Part shown: piece after piece, positions 12,446 to 63,836 of the stretch | Position numbering within the stretch: the first letter of the stretch is position 1 | Layout of the letters: the number at the start of each line of letters is the position of its first letter | Source of the DNA: Podarcis tiliguerta | Taxonomy: Eukaryota | Assembly (NCBI GenBank): GCA_965153285.1 | Contig: OZ229119.1 | Direction: 5' to 3' (one strand) | Length of the DNA stretch: 64,000 bases | Program-made: the position numbers and the translations under genes | The notes under the pieces: model-generated | The model's input: the letters and a program-made list of their open reading frames with translations, nothing else | Database searches by the model: none | What the model was told of the DNA's origin: nothing

Positions 12446-15400
12446 ATCCTGCAAACACTACTTCCCTGTGTATTTTGAGGAAAGGGGAAAAGTCACAGCA
12501 CACTCGTGCCTTTACCCAAGCCTAAAACAGTATTGAATTGGTTATCCATACACCAATTAGACATGGGCTCTGAGAGAGGTTAAACAAGAGGATCCAAATG
12601 GTTATGCATACAGTAAAAAATTTATTGCCTGCCATGTTGAAACAACATGGATCCCAGTACCAATTTTCATTAGTCTATAGTAGTGGTTCCCAAACTTTTC
12701 CCCTCTGAGACCACTTGAACATTGCTGAGGGCCTTGGCAGACCACTTAATGATTCTCCTGCCTTTTAATTCAACCAAAGTGACTGCTAATAGAAAATGTG
12801 GGTGAGTCCTTCTCATAGAAGCATTCCAGTACCATCTTTGCTGTGTGAGAAGCAGTTGGGGAGAGGAGCTGCAAGATATTCAGGAAGCGTTGAACCCCTT
12901 GATCAGTGTGTCCTCTCCCAATATATGTGATGAGGCCACTCCAAGATTAAATCCACACAACTGCTGCAGTGTCTAATATTGCCCTAAGATGCTGTTAGTG
13001 GTAGATTTACATAATCACTAATCAGTTTGACAGTGGAACTTGAAATTATTCAGATCAGTTAGAAAATGCCTTCAACCCAATTAGCTTAGCAGGTAAGCCC
13101 TGCTCCTTACCACTGTTGGCTATGAAGTTACTTTCAAGTAGAGTGAAGCTGCAATTACTGGACTACACTATGGGGCTTATTTTTCATTTTGTGCAGTATT
13201 ATGCAAGGTATTTAAAGTATAGACTTGATGTTAATGTGCACAGACTAGGTATCTTAGTTATCCCTCAGGTTACTATAGAAGAAATGAAGAGGGACAACTT
13301 CTGTGCTATACAGTAGTGCTGAAGCTGCTTGGGCATGCATCATGAAATCCTTGGGAATAATATATATATATAGAGAGAGAGAGTGTGTAAAGCCTTTAGT
13401 TACTTCCATGGCTCCAGCCTGCATTAAATTTCTTTTTCCCCCTCTTAACTAGCTGTTTTTCCACATTTCATATTGTTTAATAGTGTGCTTGTACAAACCT
13501 GCTACACACGTGTTTGAAGAGCAAGTTGTGATATAACACAAATAGTATTATGGGTTGTATCCAACCAAGTTCTGTTCAGCGCACACCCACTGAAATTAAT
13601 GGACCTAAGTTAGTCAAGGGCATTCATTTCTATGGATCTACTCAAGCACTGGATACAGCCCCTAATGTCCTTTTTTTGTTGTCTGATATGAGGAAGCACA
13701 GCTGAGTGACCCACTAAGAACTTTTTCTTAGAAATGGTATTTTTAGGCTATGCTGTTCCAGCTTCCAGTTACAGTCTTACCCAGACCTCCAAGCTACTCT
13801 ATCTTATTCTTAAACTGTTCTCATCCCCTGAACTTCTCTTTTTTGTTTCTCCTGGCTGTAACTGAGCCTTTAGTCCTTGAGTTCCCCTCCATCCTATTGC
13901 TTCCCATATGTACAACTTGCAGGAGTCTTCAACAATGTTTTTCCAAAATGAGGGGCAAATAGTTGGGGTACTCTTTCCCAGTTGGTGCCTTCCAAATGCA
14001 TTGGATTACAATTTCCATCAGGCCTAACCAGCATGTTGAATGATCAGGAACAATAGGAGATGTAGTCCAAAACATATGGAGGGTACCAGACCGGGGAGGG
14101 AAGGCAGGTCTAGGGAATCTACCTAATGTTCATAAACTGTTCTTTAGAAGTAGACCTTTGACAAAACATGGCTGAAAAGTGACTCGCTAACTTTTTACCT
14201 TTCACCTATGTCTTCAGCAGTCCCAGTTACAAGCATTTCTTTATTGGAGGCTCCCAAGCTGTTTATGGCCTTTAGGTTATCTTAAAAACAAGCTTGCAAC
14301 TGCAGTTTAGCCTACTTGTTTGTGTCCAGGGGAGTGCAGTAAAGAAGGGAGGCTGAGCCAGGAATGGTCACTGGAATGTCTGTGTTTGTGCACAACATTT
14401 CTCCTTTGTGTTGGACCAACACTTGCTTTTGGATAAGGGAACATCCCAGGAAAGTAGTGCTGGCAGATGGCAAAGGGCTGTGCCGAAGGGATAGGTAACA
14501 TTTCTGAGTAGGTGGTCACAAGGCTTTTAAAAAGTTGTATATGATTATAATTCTGTATTGAAATTTTGGAGAGCTTTAGTTGCTTAAGATACTCAGATGA
14601 CACTGAATGTTCAGAGCTGCTGCTTCTATCTAGAACTAGTGATTAAAAATAGTTATAGTCCCAAGAGCCTGAGGCTGGCTTTCCTATGAAACTAGCTGTC
14701 ACTTTAGCCAAGTTGCCAGACCTTATAAAACTCATAATGGAGCAGGAAATGAGGGATTATCATTACAACATGAAAAGGCAATGGTGTAGCCATAGATTCC
14801 TGATCATGGACAATTATTTGCTTGTTTCCTTTGTGGTCACGAGAAGGTCAGGATCAGTGGCATTTTTTAAAAAAAAAGGTTGTTGAGGGCGCGGCAGATC
14901 CTTGTTCCAATCTGAGCCAGACAGTACTAATGTTGGATCTGCTTTGGTCCTATCCTGGCCCTCAGATAGAAATGAATTCAATTCATGAATAAAATCACTT
15001 GTGGGGAATGCCAACAGCCTCCTCCTTCCTGCTCTTGATCCGTTAGAAACCACTTGCCCTACTTTTCTGTCTGCTCCTGGGATAGTGGTGGTCTGCATTC
15101 AGAGAGAAGGAGCTACTGCTGCTTGTGTCAGGTATCAGGCTTTTGCACTTAAATGTGGACCAGAAAGATGATACAGAAGAAATGTCCGTGAAGAGAGAGT
15201 GCTTTAGAAGAAAGAAGCTTAGCATTGATGCAAATTGCAGAGTCCGTGAAAGAATGAGAAGGCATGATCATAGATGGGAGGGGTGTTGACTCTGACATAC
15301 GTCTTGCATGAACTTGACTGGGATGGTAAAACCAGCAGAAGAGGCAGCCTTGCTTTCAAATCTAAGTAAATGGGAATAGTGTTTCTACCTGTGGCACAGC

Positions 15401-17086
15401 AGGGAAGCGTTTAGTTATTGGCTCTGATCTGCTGCTGTGGAGGTATTGTTGGCAGTACTTTGGGCTCCTATGCTGAGCACTCAAAGCCTGCGGGGATAGG
15501 AACTTTTGCTTCAATATTGTCCTCTTGTGCAATGTCCCAGGCCTGTCTCTTAAGATCCTGTTGCCCAGGGAGACATGGTGAACTCTAAACCAAACCCTTT
15601 GAGCAGCAGGGCTGGGCTGGAGTCTCTGAAGCCACTGCTGTCATCTTAAAGTGGGATTACTCTACTGAGTGGTCACGAAGAATGTGTTCTCCCTCTGGAA
15701 TGTTTTCCTTGTGGGCATGCTGTCTCTTTCCTATGCTGAGAAGGCATGTACTGCACACATGGTAATAGGAAACAACAGTTTCAGAAAGCATACTATGCTA
15801 CATTTAGCTTGGAATAAGATATATTCCAAACTTTTTAAGCTTTGGGTTGCTGCCAGTTGGGCTTAAGTGTGCTGCAGATGGAGTTTGAAACTAATAACCA
15901 CCTCTACACCCCTCCCCATAACACAATATGCTATTTCCATGCATCAGTTCCCATACTCTGTAAGCTGAACTAATTAATATCAGCTTCACTCTTGAGTGCA
16001 ACGTGTCCTAGGACTTAACTCTGCAGTTGGTTTGTAATGGCAGGAATGGCCTGTCACTACTGTGGCGTTCCATTCCACTTTTCCACCCCTGCCATTGCAC
16101 TTCTGTATTTCAGCAATGGTGATTGTGTGGGGAAAGGGTGGTAAGACAAAACATGATTAAGGGCAAAACATGATTCTTAAGAAATACAATTGTGCAAATA
16201 GCTTTCCTAGCTTTGAATGCAAAGTATTTTGCCTTGGCAGTAGTACCCTGCCCCACCCCCCAATATTCTAATCTGTTTGCAGGGGTACTTCTGTTTTTTA
16301 TGTAACCACGAGCCCATCTAAGTTTGCATGGGCTCTCTAGTTAACCAGTCGCAAGCCTTCTGAGAAGAAAAGCCCAATCGTGGGTTTCCCTTGCCTCCTG
16401 TTATAAGAATGTTTCCCTTTGATACCATACAGAGGCTAGTAATGACTTGTTGGTCTGCAGCTGGCATTCCTCAAGTCCTGTAGAGGTGAGTCTGGAAGAG
16501 TGGAAGAAGGAAATGGTTAAATAATATAATTATTTAATCTAAGATTTGGGAAGCAGCAAAAGCCAAACAATTCATCATGAAGAGAAAGATGACTTCTAAA
16601 TTTAAAGTGATGTGGAACTTTTAAGAAGAATCAGTTAATTTTGTGTTAACAGTTGCAACCAATAGGGCCAGAATATGGGGATAATCTTAACATGTGAACC
16701 ATATGGCTTGGGTTGCATATTCTGTTTGTACGTAAAATGGCAGAATTGCTACTACCTTTCCAATATAGGTAATTTGTGGACCCTCCCTTGCAACCACACT
16801 GATACCAAGAGGTTTATGCCAGTTAAATTTTCACACGTATTTCATGTTGTGGCATATAAAATTTATATTTCCTTAGTTCAGAACTTGCTTGACACCAAGT
16901 GAATAGTGCAGTTCACATTTTTGAGTGGTGGCAGCCCTATACCCTGGGATAATAAACTAAACTTAAAAATGAGTGATCTGAAGTAGTGCACCCAAGTACC
17001 ATGCAGCTGCAAAAAAAAAGTAGACTACTTGAATGTCGAGAAAGAGCTCATATTCCTGGAGAGAGGGACTTTAACAGTTTCTTAAG

Positions 17087-17174
17087 GCTGCAATCCTATG
17101 CTTACTTACCTGGGTATTAGTTCCACTCAATTCACTGGACCTTGCTTCTGAGTAAACCTGTATAGGATTGCACT
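17087..17174. mobile_element. Short (~90 bp) palindromic MITE-like repeat (similar relics ~4105-4190, 50838-50915, 59059-59150)
   Basis: gctgcaatcctat ... ataggattgcact terminal inverted repeat with cttac / gtaa inner arms. Confidence 0.55.
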
Positions 17175-18439
17175 GCATATCAAATGTTATTGTGACACAC
17201 CATATTTAGTTTGTGTGAAAGCCTTGACAGTTATTTTCCCCCACTGTCACAGAAAGGTGCCTCATTGCACTTAACATTGCTTTTATAAAAAAGTGTGTGT
17301 GTATGTGAGTGTTGTGAAATACTTATCATTGAAACAAAGGCTGTGCCTGTATGAGGAGCAACTTGAACTTGTGAACTATAGAGCCCTCTGGCTTCTCACT
17401 TGTGTTATAATGTGGCTCTCCCAACTCAGCATTCAATTTTGATCTTGCAACTAATTTTCAGTTGCTCTGACTCCTTTTTTACTGCGCAACATCAGCAACA
17501 GGATATTGCTAATCAGAGTGCCTCTCATTTCATAATTTCAAAAGTCAAGGAGTGTACTGCTGTACTTGTCACCTCAATTAATCACAGAGTACTTTCAACA
17601 GATTTCTCTGCTTCAATTGCTCTGTGTTACAGAATGCACAGGTATGGGGAATACAGTAATGCCCCCACGTACAATTAAATTGGAGAAAATTGGGCATAAA
17701 GACTTCAGATGACAACTTTGCATGTCCAAAGGAAATGTGAGACATGAATGTGCTTTTGCCATGTTTGACAAATGAAGCTCAAACATCTTTATAAGCTGTA
17801 GAAATTTCTACATGCCTCTGTCTTTAAGTACTGTAGTTTGTGTGCTTCAGATTTTGAGAGTAATTGAATGTGTTGCTCCTGAGAATCAGAGGCTCAGTTT
17901 CTCCACAGATTCAGGAGAATACCCAGTGAATCGGGCTTTGTCCTGTAAGCAATAGGTTTAAGATCATGATCACATAGTGCACTTTCACCACCTCACCCCT
18001 TGCTTAACCTACACACTGCACTTACCAGTTAGGTAGCATTTGCTGTGTAATTATATCTTACTTCTTCCCCCTCCCCCTTACACTTGAGCAAACCATGCTC
18101 AGACTGCTTGAGCAATAGAAGCTTGGTTCCAGCAGAACAAAGTGCAGTATAACTCTGGGAACAACTTTCATTACAGACTTCATTTGGGCTATTCTGTTGC
18201 AAAGCTTTGCATTTGATTTAGGTGGGAAAGAACTAACTGCTTAGGTCCTGTTAGGGCTCAATAGTTAAATACTCTAAACTGGTGAAAATGAACTGTCATC
18301 TTTCCCTGAAGATGAGGCTTTAACTACAACTGAAAAGGTTATTGTCTTCTCACTCTCCAGCAACTTTGCCTGGGGCATGTTGTGCAGTTACCTATTTGCA
18401 AGAGCGTGCAATGCTTAAATCAGGAAAAACTGTGTGGGT

Positions 18440-18581
18440 TAATATTCATTGGATACATTCAAGTAGCATGGTCATTTAGAGACAAAATTTCCTGTTTGTT
18501 AAGCAGTCTTTCTGCTTATACTCTTTTATATTAATGTGCTGACCTTGATGAGCAATGGCAGAGTCCCAACAGCAATTCTGT
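18440..18581 (+). repeat. Copy 1 of ~140-bp local direct duplication
   Basis: Colinear with 20801-20947; identical blocks of 22 and 21 nt. Confidence 0.9.
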
Positions 18582-20800
18582 GGCCACTGATAAAGTAAAC
18601 AGCAGGCCAAGGGGGTAATACAAATAGTACTGGAGAAATAAACTGCAAGCAGTGTGTCCTGTTTTTCCAGATGCTTCTGAAGCCTAAAGGAAGCTTCACT
18701 TTTTTCAGGGGGCAGGTTCTCACAAAGCTTTAATACTAGAAATCCTGCAGAAAGGGTTCAGCAAATGGAATGTCTAGATTCCTGAAAGGTAGACTGTATC
18801 TCACCCTCTCCTTCCCAGTCTTGTTGTGCAGATGGTGTATTCAGTTGTCTGCCTTCATCTGAAACACCTGGATCCTGTAGAAAGCTCAGGAGTTGAGAAA
18901 GGATCTCTTGTGCATGTTCAGCAAATAGTTTATTGAAATGTTCCCTAAAAGAGAGGTGCAGGTTCCATAGTGTGTGGGGTGCATGGTATAACTATGGGAA
19001 GGTGGGTGGGGCGCTGGTGAACTAGGAAATCCCTGGTTCGAATGTCAGTGTTTGGTTACATACCCAGTAGGTGGCACAGTGCAGCTCAGATTCTGCAGAA
19101 TACTAATTGTGTGTCGCAACTCCATGTTATGGCTGGGTGAGACGTTTGCCAAATCCTTACTGTTACCACACTCTTCTTGCGCAAGCTGCTTTTACCCTTT
19201 GCAGCAAGGGGGAACATATTGGGGGAGGTGATTTAGTAAGAAGAGTTCACTTTCCACCTTCTGTTAGAATTTGGTAGTCATGCATGAGTCTGCTGTTGTC
19301 GTGACCAGTTTGGCTCTTATACAGTTCTGTGTTCTCTTGACTTCCCATTTTAAATAGAAGAACAACAACCTACCCTAACAAGGTGACTGTAAGGATTACT
19401 GGGAATATATGTGACTCCTTGGAGCAGGGATGCGGAACCTGTGGCCTTCCAGATGTTGTTGGGCTCAAAGTCCCATCAACCCTAGTTGACATAGTCCAGT
19501 GGTCAAGGCTGTAGTCCAGCAGCATCTGTGTGGGGTGTGTCAAAGTTTGCCCATTCTTGCCTATGCCTCCATCACATATATTATATACACCACAGAGGCT
19601 GCATTTGCATTCCCTCCCATGGCTGATTATGGTGTTAATTAACTTTTGTAATGTCTGCATGCATGGCTAGACTAAGATACAACTCCTCCCACCTTTCCCC
19701 TTCACTTCACATCTGTACTGAAAGGACTGTGGCTGTGGTGCACTACAATATTATGAGTAAGGGAAGGTGACAGTGCTTCGCTTGAAATTTCTTTTGCTCA
19801 CGTGAGAAAGAAATGTTTGCTCTGAGAATGCTGAAACACCCTACAGTCTCCCTTAAAGCTACGTGCTTGAGATTATCTGAGTTGCTTCTAGATGTCTTGG
19901 TTATGACTAAATCAAAGTGTGGATGGTAACAGGGACCACACACCTGGAATTAGCCCAGCTTTACAATAGAATGGTAAAGAGCCAGTGGGCAGGAGCACAG
20001 GAAAGAGTCTCTCCCAAACTACTGCTGTTGCAAGGGCTCCAGCAAATTTCATTATGGTCTCTTCCAACATCAAAGGGGTGGCTACCTGCCCAATACTCTT
20101 GCTGTTTAGCATTCCGCCATGACTGCAGATGTTGATGTTATATCTGTAATTAGCAGATCAGTTCTAGGAACAAGCTGGATTCTGCACAGTGGACCCAAAC
20201 TTCTTTCTTAGTTGAATTTTACTGTTCAGTTTAACATTTATGTTGGCTTCCACTAACTTGTATCATCTTATTGTACAGCAGGAGGTATCCAGTAAGATAA
20301 TGCTTGCTTAAAGTAGGGGATTCACCAGCTGCTCCATTGGAGAGTCTGTGCACTTTTAACATCTTAAGAAACTTGGCTTCCATTAAAAAAAAAAAAAAAA
20401 AAATAGCGCTGGGAGAGCGCTTCTCAACCCAGTGCCCTCCAACATGGTCATGGTCAGGGCTGTTGAGAATCTTTGTCCAAAACCTCTGGGGGGCACCAGG
20501 TGGGAAAAGCTGCTTATGTTGAAAGAAAATTGCTGAAAAACACATCAACTAGCAAATACTCAAATGGTCAAAATCTGTTCTGCATTGATAAAAATGGAGC
20601 AGCATCACTAGCAAGCAAAAAAAAAAAAAAAAAAAAAGGGAGGAAGGGGAAAATGTGATGTGCTACAAATAAATGTGTGCTGCGAACTTGAACAGTTATT
20701 TGTAGCATTGGAAGTTTATTCCTTCTTCCACCCCCTTTAACTAAATCCTATGCCTTGTATGTGTGTGTAATATAAAATATAATTTTCTTGAAAGCAGGCA

Positions 20801-20947
20801 TAATATTCATTGGACACATTCAAGTACCATACCCCCGTCAGTCTGAGACCAAATTTCCTGTTTGTTAAGCAGATTTGTTGCTTATGGTCTTTTATATTAA
20901 TTTACTGACCTTGTTGAGCAATGGCAGAGTCCCAAAAGCAATTCTGT
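20801..20947 (+). repeat. Copy 2 of ~140-bp local direct duplication
   Basis: Colinear with 18440-18581. Confidence 0.9.
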
Positions 20948-23270
20948 TCAAGTGGACTTGAATGGTTGAAAAGTGTTTCCTGTGATAAACATTCATCTGT
21001 TGGTTAAAATGTGGTACCTTTTCACAGCTCATAATGCTGATAAAGTGATGTGCAGATCATGTTAATGATACTGATAAGGTGCAGTCTTTGATCTCTCAGC
21101 ATTTTTCCAGCATACATTCAGTGTTTAATAAGTTACCTTTTCTGGAAGTAGACAATACGGACCTGTGCTAGAGCTGACTTTCACCAAGTATGGAACACTA
21201 AATTAGGTAACATAGTTTTTTTTAATAGCCCATTTTAAAAAAATATATTTAACAGGTGACAACAAAATGGACAAAAAGAAAGAAAGAAAAACAAGTACAG
21301 AATCCAAGTTATTTCATGGAGAGAACTCATAGTTGTGACAGCATAAAGGGGCAATAGGTTCAGTTAGGGTGTATGATTACTAGTGTGTGTCACTTGGTGT
21401 ACTGCTGATAATTGTTGTCAGGATGTGGTGTGAGCTTCTTCACATCCTACAACTGGCCTGTTGCCATTTCCTGTTAAAGCTTACAGTTTCTACTAGATCA
21501 TCATATGTGTGACTTAAGGAAGGTCTAACATTTTTCCTTTTCTTGGTCCCTTGCTGTTCATCTTATAGACATTGTCCCACCCTTACTCTGTTGTTTACAC
21601 TCTTCTTTTTGCATTTAGTAATGACAGACATTAATAGTTCCTTTTTTTGTTTTCAAATGTCCTACAGTCAAGGAACACGTAGATTTGCTTTTCACAGAAG
21701 CCCTGTGAACTAAAGTGGATTCTGAAAACACTCCAAGGTTCCTTCTCTCCTTATGCTGGCTAGGTCTTTTCAGTCTTGTCACCTTCTGTGTGAACTTGGT
21801 GTGTGCTCAGGAGCATGTTTAATATTCCCCCATGGCTGTACATGATGTGGCTCCCTGAGAATCTCCTAATAAGATTATGGTTGCTATTGGATCAGTTACC
21901 TGGATCAGAGCTCATAAACTATTCTAGTAGAACCTGAGCCCATTTTCTGTGCACTCTTAAGGCTTTTCACGTACCTGACTGCACACCTGTTTGTGAAATG
22001 TATGGATATGTTGGTATAATTCCACTGCTGTAAGAATGCCCCCCCCCCCAAATAATCTTTTCAGTTCTTCATAATTTGTATTATGAATTGGAAATGTTTG
22101 CCAATTACTTCTCGGAAAAAGTGAACTCGAGTAACTGGTCGTCTTTGTGAACAATATTACAACAGGGGCCCCTTCTCTGCTAAGATGGGGAGAAATAGAT
22201 TTATGTGCTGCTGGGGCAGGCGAGGTGGAAAAACTGTGGCCTGCTAGATGCTGTTAGACTGCAACTCCCATTGCCCCCACTCATTGGCACGGCTGCCAGG
22301 GGCTTATGGGATTTGAATTTCAATGCTAGGTCCTTGCTGCTGAAGATACCTAGTGACTTAGACTGTGCACAGGACATGGAAGTAAAATTTCCAGAATGTC
22401 ATGCATCTCAAAGGCTGTCAACCAAAATAACTCTTTTTCTCTGAAGGCATGAGGAATGACAAAACCATGCCAGATGTATTCTAAGCAGAAAGGGCCTAAA
22501 GAAATAGAAGAATATTTTAAGCTGACTATACAGCTCTTCAGTTAGTTTTCAGGAAATGATGAAACTGAAAGTAACCAAATTCAGCTGGAAACGCTCATTC
22601 TCCTGGTGTGTCTTGCTCAATTATGGCCAAAAAAGGCAAGTAGTTAGATTCTTGGAAGTTGCAATTGCAGGAAGCTGTGTAGCAGAAGTTTAGACTACAG
22701 CTGTTGCCTTGCCAGCCTTGATACAATTCTGAATGCAGTACAATGAATTATTCCCCACCTTTTCCTTTGGCTCCTGAGTGACAAATTTATGGATCTAAAT
22801 CACCAGAGTTTTCTCCTATTTTAGCAAAGACCTGTGGCATATTTTTGGCTCCAACACTATGATTAGGCATCATGAAGCATGGTGTATCACTGGAAATACT
22901 TGGCTCTAGGATAGTTCTTGTTTGTTTGAAGAGCTTTTATTGGGTTTTACATAATGTAACTTTTTGCTTTTTGATGTCTCCAGCAAATTCTGCCAGTATG
23001 AGCTTCACATTGGTTTTATTGCATTAAATATAGCCCCAGCACATTATTCCTGTTTAATTGCTTCTAATTTGCATCTGGTTGGTCACTGTGAGAGGATGTT
23101 GGACTAGATGGGTGATTGGCCTGATCCAGCAGACTCCTCTTATGTTTTCAATTTCGAGCAAAATCCAAAGTGCCTTGTTTGCATGGTTAATCATAAGTAA
23201 ATGCATATTTAGGTGAATGCAAGCTATCTAAACACTTGCTTTTGAGACTAAGCTGACATAAAACTGATGG

Positions 23271-23309
<39 letters not shown>
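23271..23309. repeat. (CTTT)n microsatellite
   Basis: Pure tetranucleotide run. Confidence 0.95.
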
Positions 23310-24758
23310 AGAAAGGCTTAATGGAAACGTATATCCACAGTACGTCCTTGAACAAGTCTTGCTGTAGTTTCCCAACGATTTTGTAACTTGGTTGACTCTG
23401 GAGGGAGACCACTTTGTATTCTAAATGTCTTCATGGGCAGCTTTGGCTAGCAGCATGCAGCAGTATTGACACTGTGGTGTGCAAAGGCTGGCTGAAAAGC
23501 TTGGTTCTTGACAGCTGTATGCATGCACACACAATGCAGAGAGACAGGAAGTTTGTAAGGTTTTGAAATACCTAATACAATGGAACACTTGTGTTGCATA
23601 GTGAGCCACATAAAGTGGCAAGTATAAAATTACTTTGCCTTTCACCTCCTAAAGTAGTTCTGAGGTTCTTTTCTCCCTGTTGAAAAATAGAAGTGGCTAC
23701 CTGGCAGCCACTTTTTTCTAATCTCACACCCCTGCTCTAGTCAGGGTGAGTCTCCTGCCAGCCTGGAGGTTTTACTTTTACTTTCAGGCTATTAACAGAT
23801 GCCACAAGGGATTGAGTGAGGCTGGCGGCCCAAGTTAATCATTTGTAGGCGTAATAGCAAAGAAAGGAATTCTAATTTCTAGATAGGAAGAAAAAACTAC
23901 CTGCTTTCCTACCCATGCTAGGGGTGCCAGTCTGTAAATAGCTGCTGTATGCTGTAAATAACTGTAGACCACTGTAGACTTAGTCAGTATTTCTTCAGCT
24001 ATCTTACATTTGTTCCAGGGAACTGACAAATGTTGATAAGAAATCGGGTTGTATCATAACTACTGAAAAGTTATTAACCGTAGCAAGTTTTTCATCTCTC
24101 TATTTCCTATGATTTGGCATAACTTAATATCATTTTACAGTTTCATTGGGGTAGAACGTGTATATTCTCCTCAAGTGTGACCCATCCATTTTAAATAGCT
24201 GTTTTTAACTGAGGAGGAAACCACTTTGACTATGTGAAACTGCCCCCCCCCCCAAGTCTAGTTAAGGCCTAGGGGGAGGAGGCTAATTGTAGCCCTACCA
24301 CATTTTGTTGATATGTAGTTGCCAGCTTCTTGTGTGTGCCTTCAAGCTTGCTTCTTGCTTGCTTGAGTAATTGGATTCTTTTATGCATCCGGTCACTGCC
24401 TATTTGTGACCCACAGGGGCTAATGAATCTGTGGGGAAGCAATAGGTGAATAGTTTATCTGGGCATGCAACTTGGAGTCAATGGCCTTGTCTACTCAGAA
24501 CCCCTTTACAAGGACCTAAAATATCTATTCAGTCATCTCTAGCGTTCTTGCCTCTATAGAGTGTTTAAGCTGACAACATGAGCCTACTTCTAATGATTGC
24601 ATGGCATTTAAGCAGTAACATGGTCAAATATTTGAAATCTGTGTTGGTGAGGGAACTGGTGCCTATTTCAGATGACTCAAAGGTTGTAGTGTCAAAATGT
24701 TGGCAAGGTAATAACATTGCAACTTCTTCTTTTCATAGGTCCCTGGTTATAAACCACC

Positions 24759-61798
<37,040 letters not shown>

Positions 61799-63388
61799 GT
61801 AAAGCAGAAACAGAGCTCCCATGTAGTGGGATGATAGGAGGAAGGAAATATAGACAGCATCCATGAGAACTGAGGTGCTCTTGTTATTGGCTTTCTTTGG
61901 CATGTTGGTGCCACCTGACAGAGATTACTAAAGATATACTTTGCATGAAGGAGCTGATATTCTATCCATGTGCAATTTCATTGGCCTACTGGACAGATAC
62001 CATCTTCATATCACTTTTCTGAAGGAGTTCATGCAACCTGGGATTTCCCCTCACCCCTGGCACTCCCAGCTTCATCTAGAGTTGCAGCCGAGTTTTCGTG
62101 AGCAAGCTATTAAGAAATCATAGCTGTGTCCGAATCGGAATGTTCTAATTTGGATAGAAAATAACATATTGTTGTACTGGTTCCAGTAAAAGGATTTTTT
62201 AATTTTAGCAAGTCTGTTCTAGAAGAACTCTGTCAAAGGACTGGAAGAGTCAAAGTACTATTTTAATTCAGCCCCTGTGCTGAACAGCAGGACCACCCAC
62301 ACACCAGCCCTTTGCAAATTAATCAGATTTTTTGCTGCAGTTTGCATGAGCCCAGGAATACATAGAATATCTGAATAACTGTACCTTGGCTGAAAAAGCA
62401 AGGCAGAACTACTTAGTAGAAAAAAATGGATCAACATTAGTGGTTGAAAAGTACTAACAATTCCTTTAAAACTAGAGAGCACATAAGGAGCTGCCTCTTC
62501 CCTCAACCAGGGCATAGTTATCTAATCTTTGCAAATGGCTCACTTTGCACTCTTTAGTTTTATTTTCATTTTAAGTAATGTTTTCTCTTGGTTTGCTGGA
62601 GTGAAATTAACCTTAACATTAGTGTGGCTATAATGCTAAGGGTTATGATCTTTTTCCTCCATTCACGAGCTAGAAGGAAAGAAATTAGAAAAGGGGTGAT
62701 CATGGCAAACCCAGATCTATTTTTGAACAAAACAAATTTTAAAAACTAGAATCTGCTTATTACACTAGTATGGCCTTACCATATGGCACCCTTTAGGTCT
62801 TCCTTTGGTGTCCATGAAACCTCTTGCTACCCTGCTTTCACTCGACCCTTGGTAATGAGGTGGTGAGGATGGTTACATTTTGTCCTGTGAAAAGTACATA
62901 GAGGAAGTAGGGGAAAGCATCACTCTTCCAACATAATACTTCATTTCTAAGTGCTTTTCAAGACTCATTTATTTTATCCAGCAAATATGTATGTACGTGC
63001 TTTCTGTCCCATGCCCTGTTGGGGGGGGGGGGGGTTGAGAGACCTGGGGAAGCAGAGACACCATGAGCAGCATATAAATCTTTATCATATAGTCAAGAGG
63101 TATCTAGTAATCTTCCTGGGGAAGTAGGTGGGCCAAACAGTTGAGCTCTCTTAAAAGTTCATTCTTGCGGCTGTTAGAGCAGTACAGGATTCCTGATCCA
63201 AACAAGCTGTATCTCTGTTCAAGCCTCCACACACATGGAGGAGTCAGTGGGAATGGCCAAGGCTAGCCCTGCTCCTTCAACACTACTCCAGGCCCATGAG
63301 TAGTGAATGCCTAAATTGAACACAAACTAGATTGCAGCACTCCAGTGCTGAGTGAGAGTTGGGCTATCAAATGCCCACTTGCTTCTGA

Positions 63389-63836
63389 CTGGCAGAATCA
63401 GAGACCAGGGAGAAGAGACGGTGGAAGAAGATTGGAAGAAATTTAAAGACTATTTACAGAAATATTATAAAATTAATGAATGTTAGAATGACATCGGATG
63501 AGGTTAAAAGGTTATTAGTAATAATGCGGTGAAGGAGTATGGAAAATTTGAAGGTTAAAAGATGCAAAACTAAAGGTTTAATACATTAAGATATTAAGAT
63601 AAAGATTAAGATAAGATAGAGGGAAGGGATTTGCTGATTAAACATTTGAACTGGAATACAGCGAGGGGAGGTGTGGGGAAGTCTGGGAAATAAGCAAATG
63701 CAAGAAATACTATGAAAATGGAATTGTTTTTATCTGTTTTTCTTTTTCTTTTTGTATTTTTGTATTTTTCTTTTCTTGTTTTTCTATGCAAAAGTCTGAA
63801 TAAAAATATTATAAAAAAAACACACACAAAAAAAAA
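63389..63836 (+). mobile_element. 5'-truncated L1-type LINE with poly(A) tail and 21-bp TSD
   Basis: ORF2-like C-terminus GRIRDQGEETVEEDWKKFKDYLQKYYKINEC* (stop 63484-63486), T-rich 3' UTR, AATAAA at 63799-63804, A-rich tail; CAAATGCCCACTTGCTTCTGA at 63368-63388 and 63837-63857. Confidence 0.9.
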
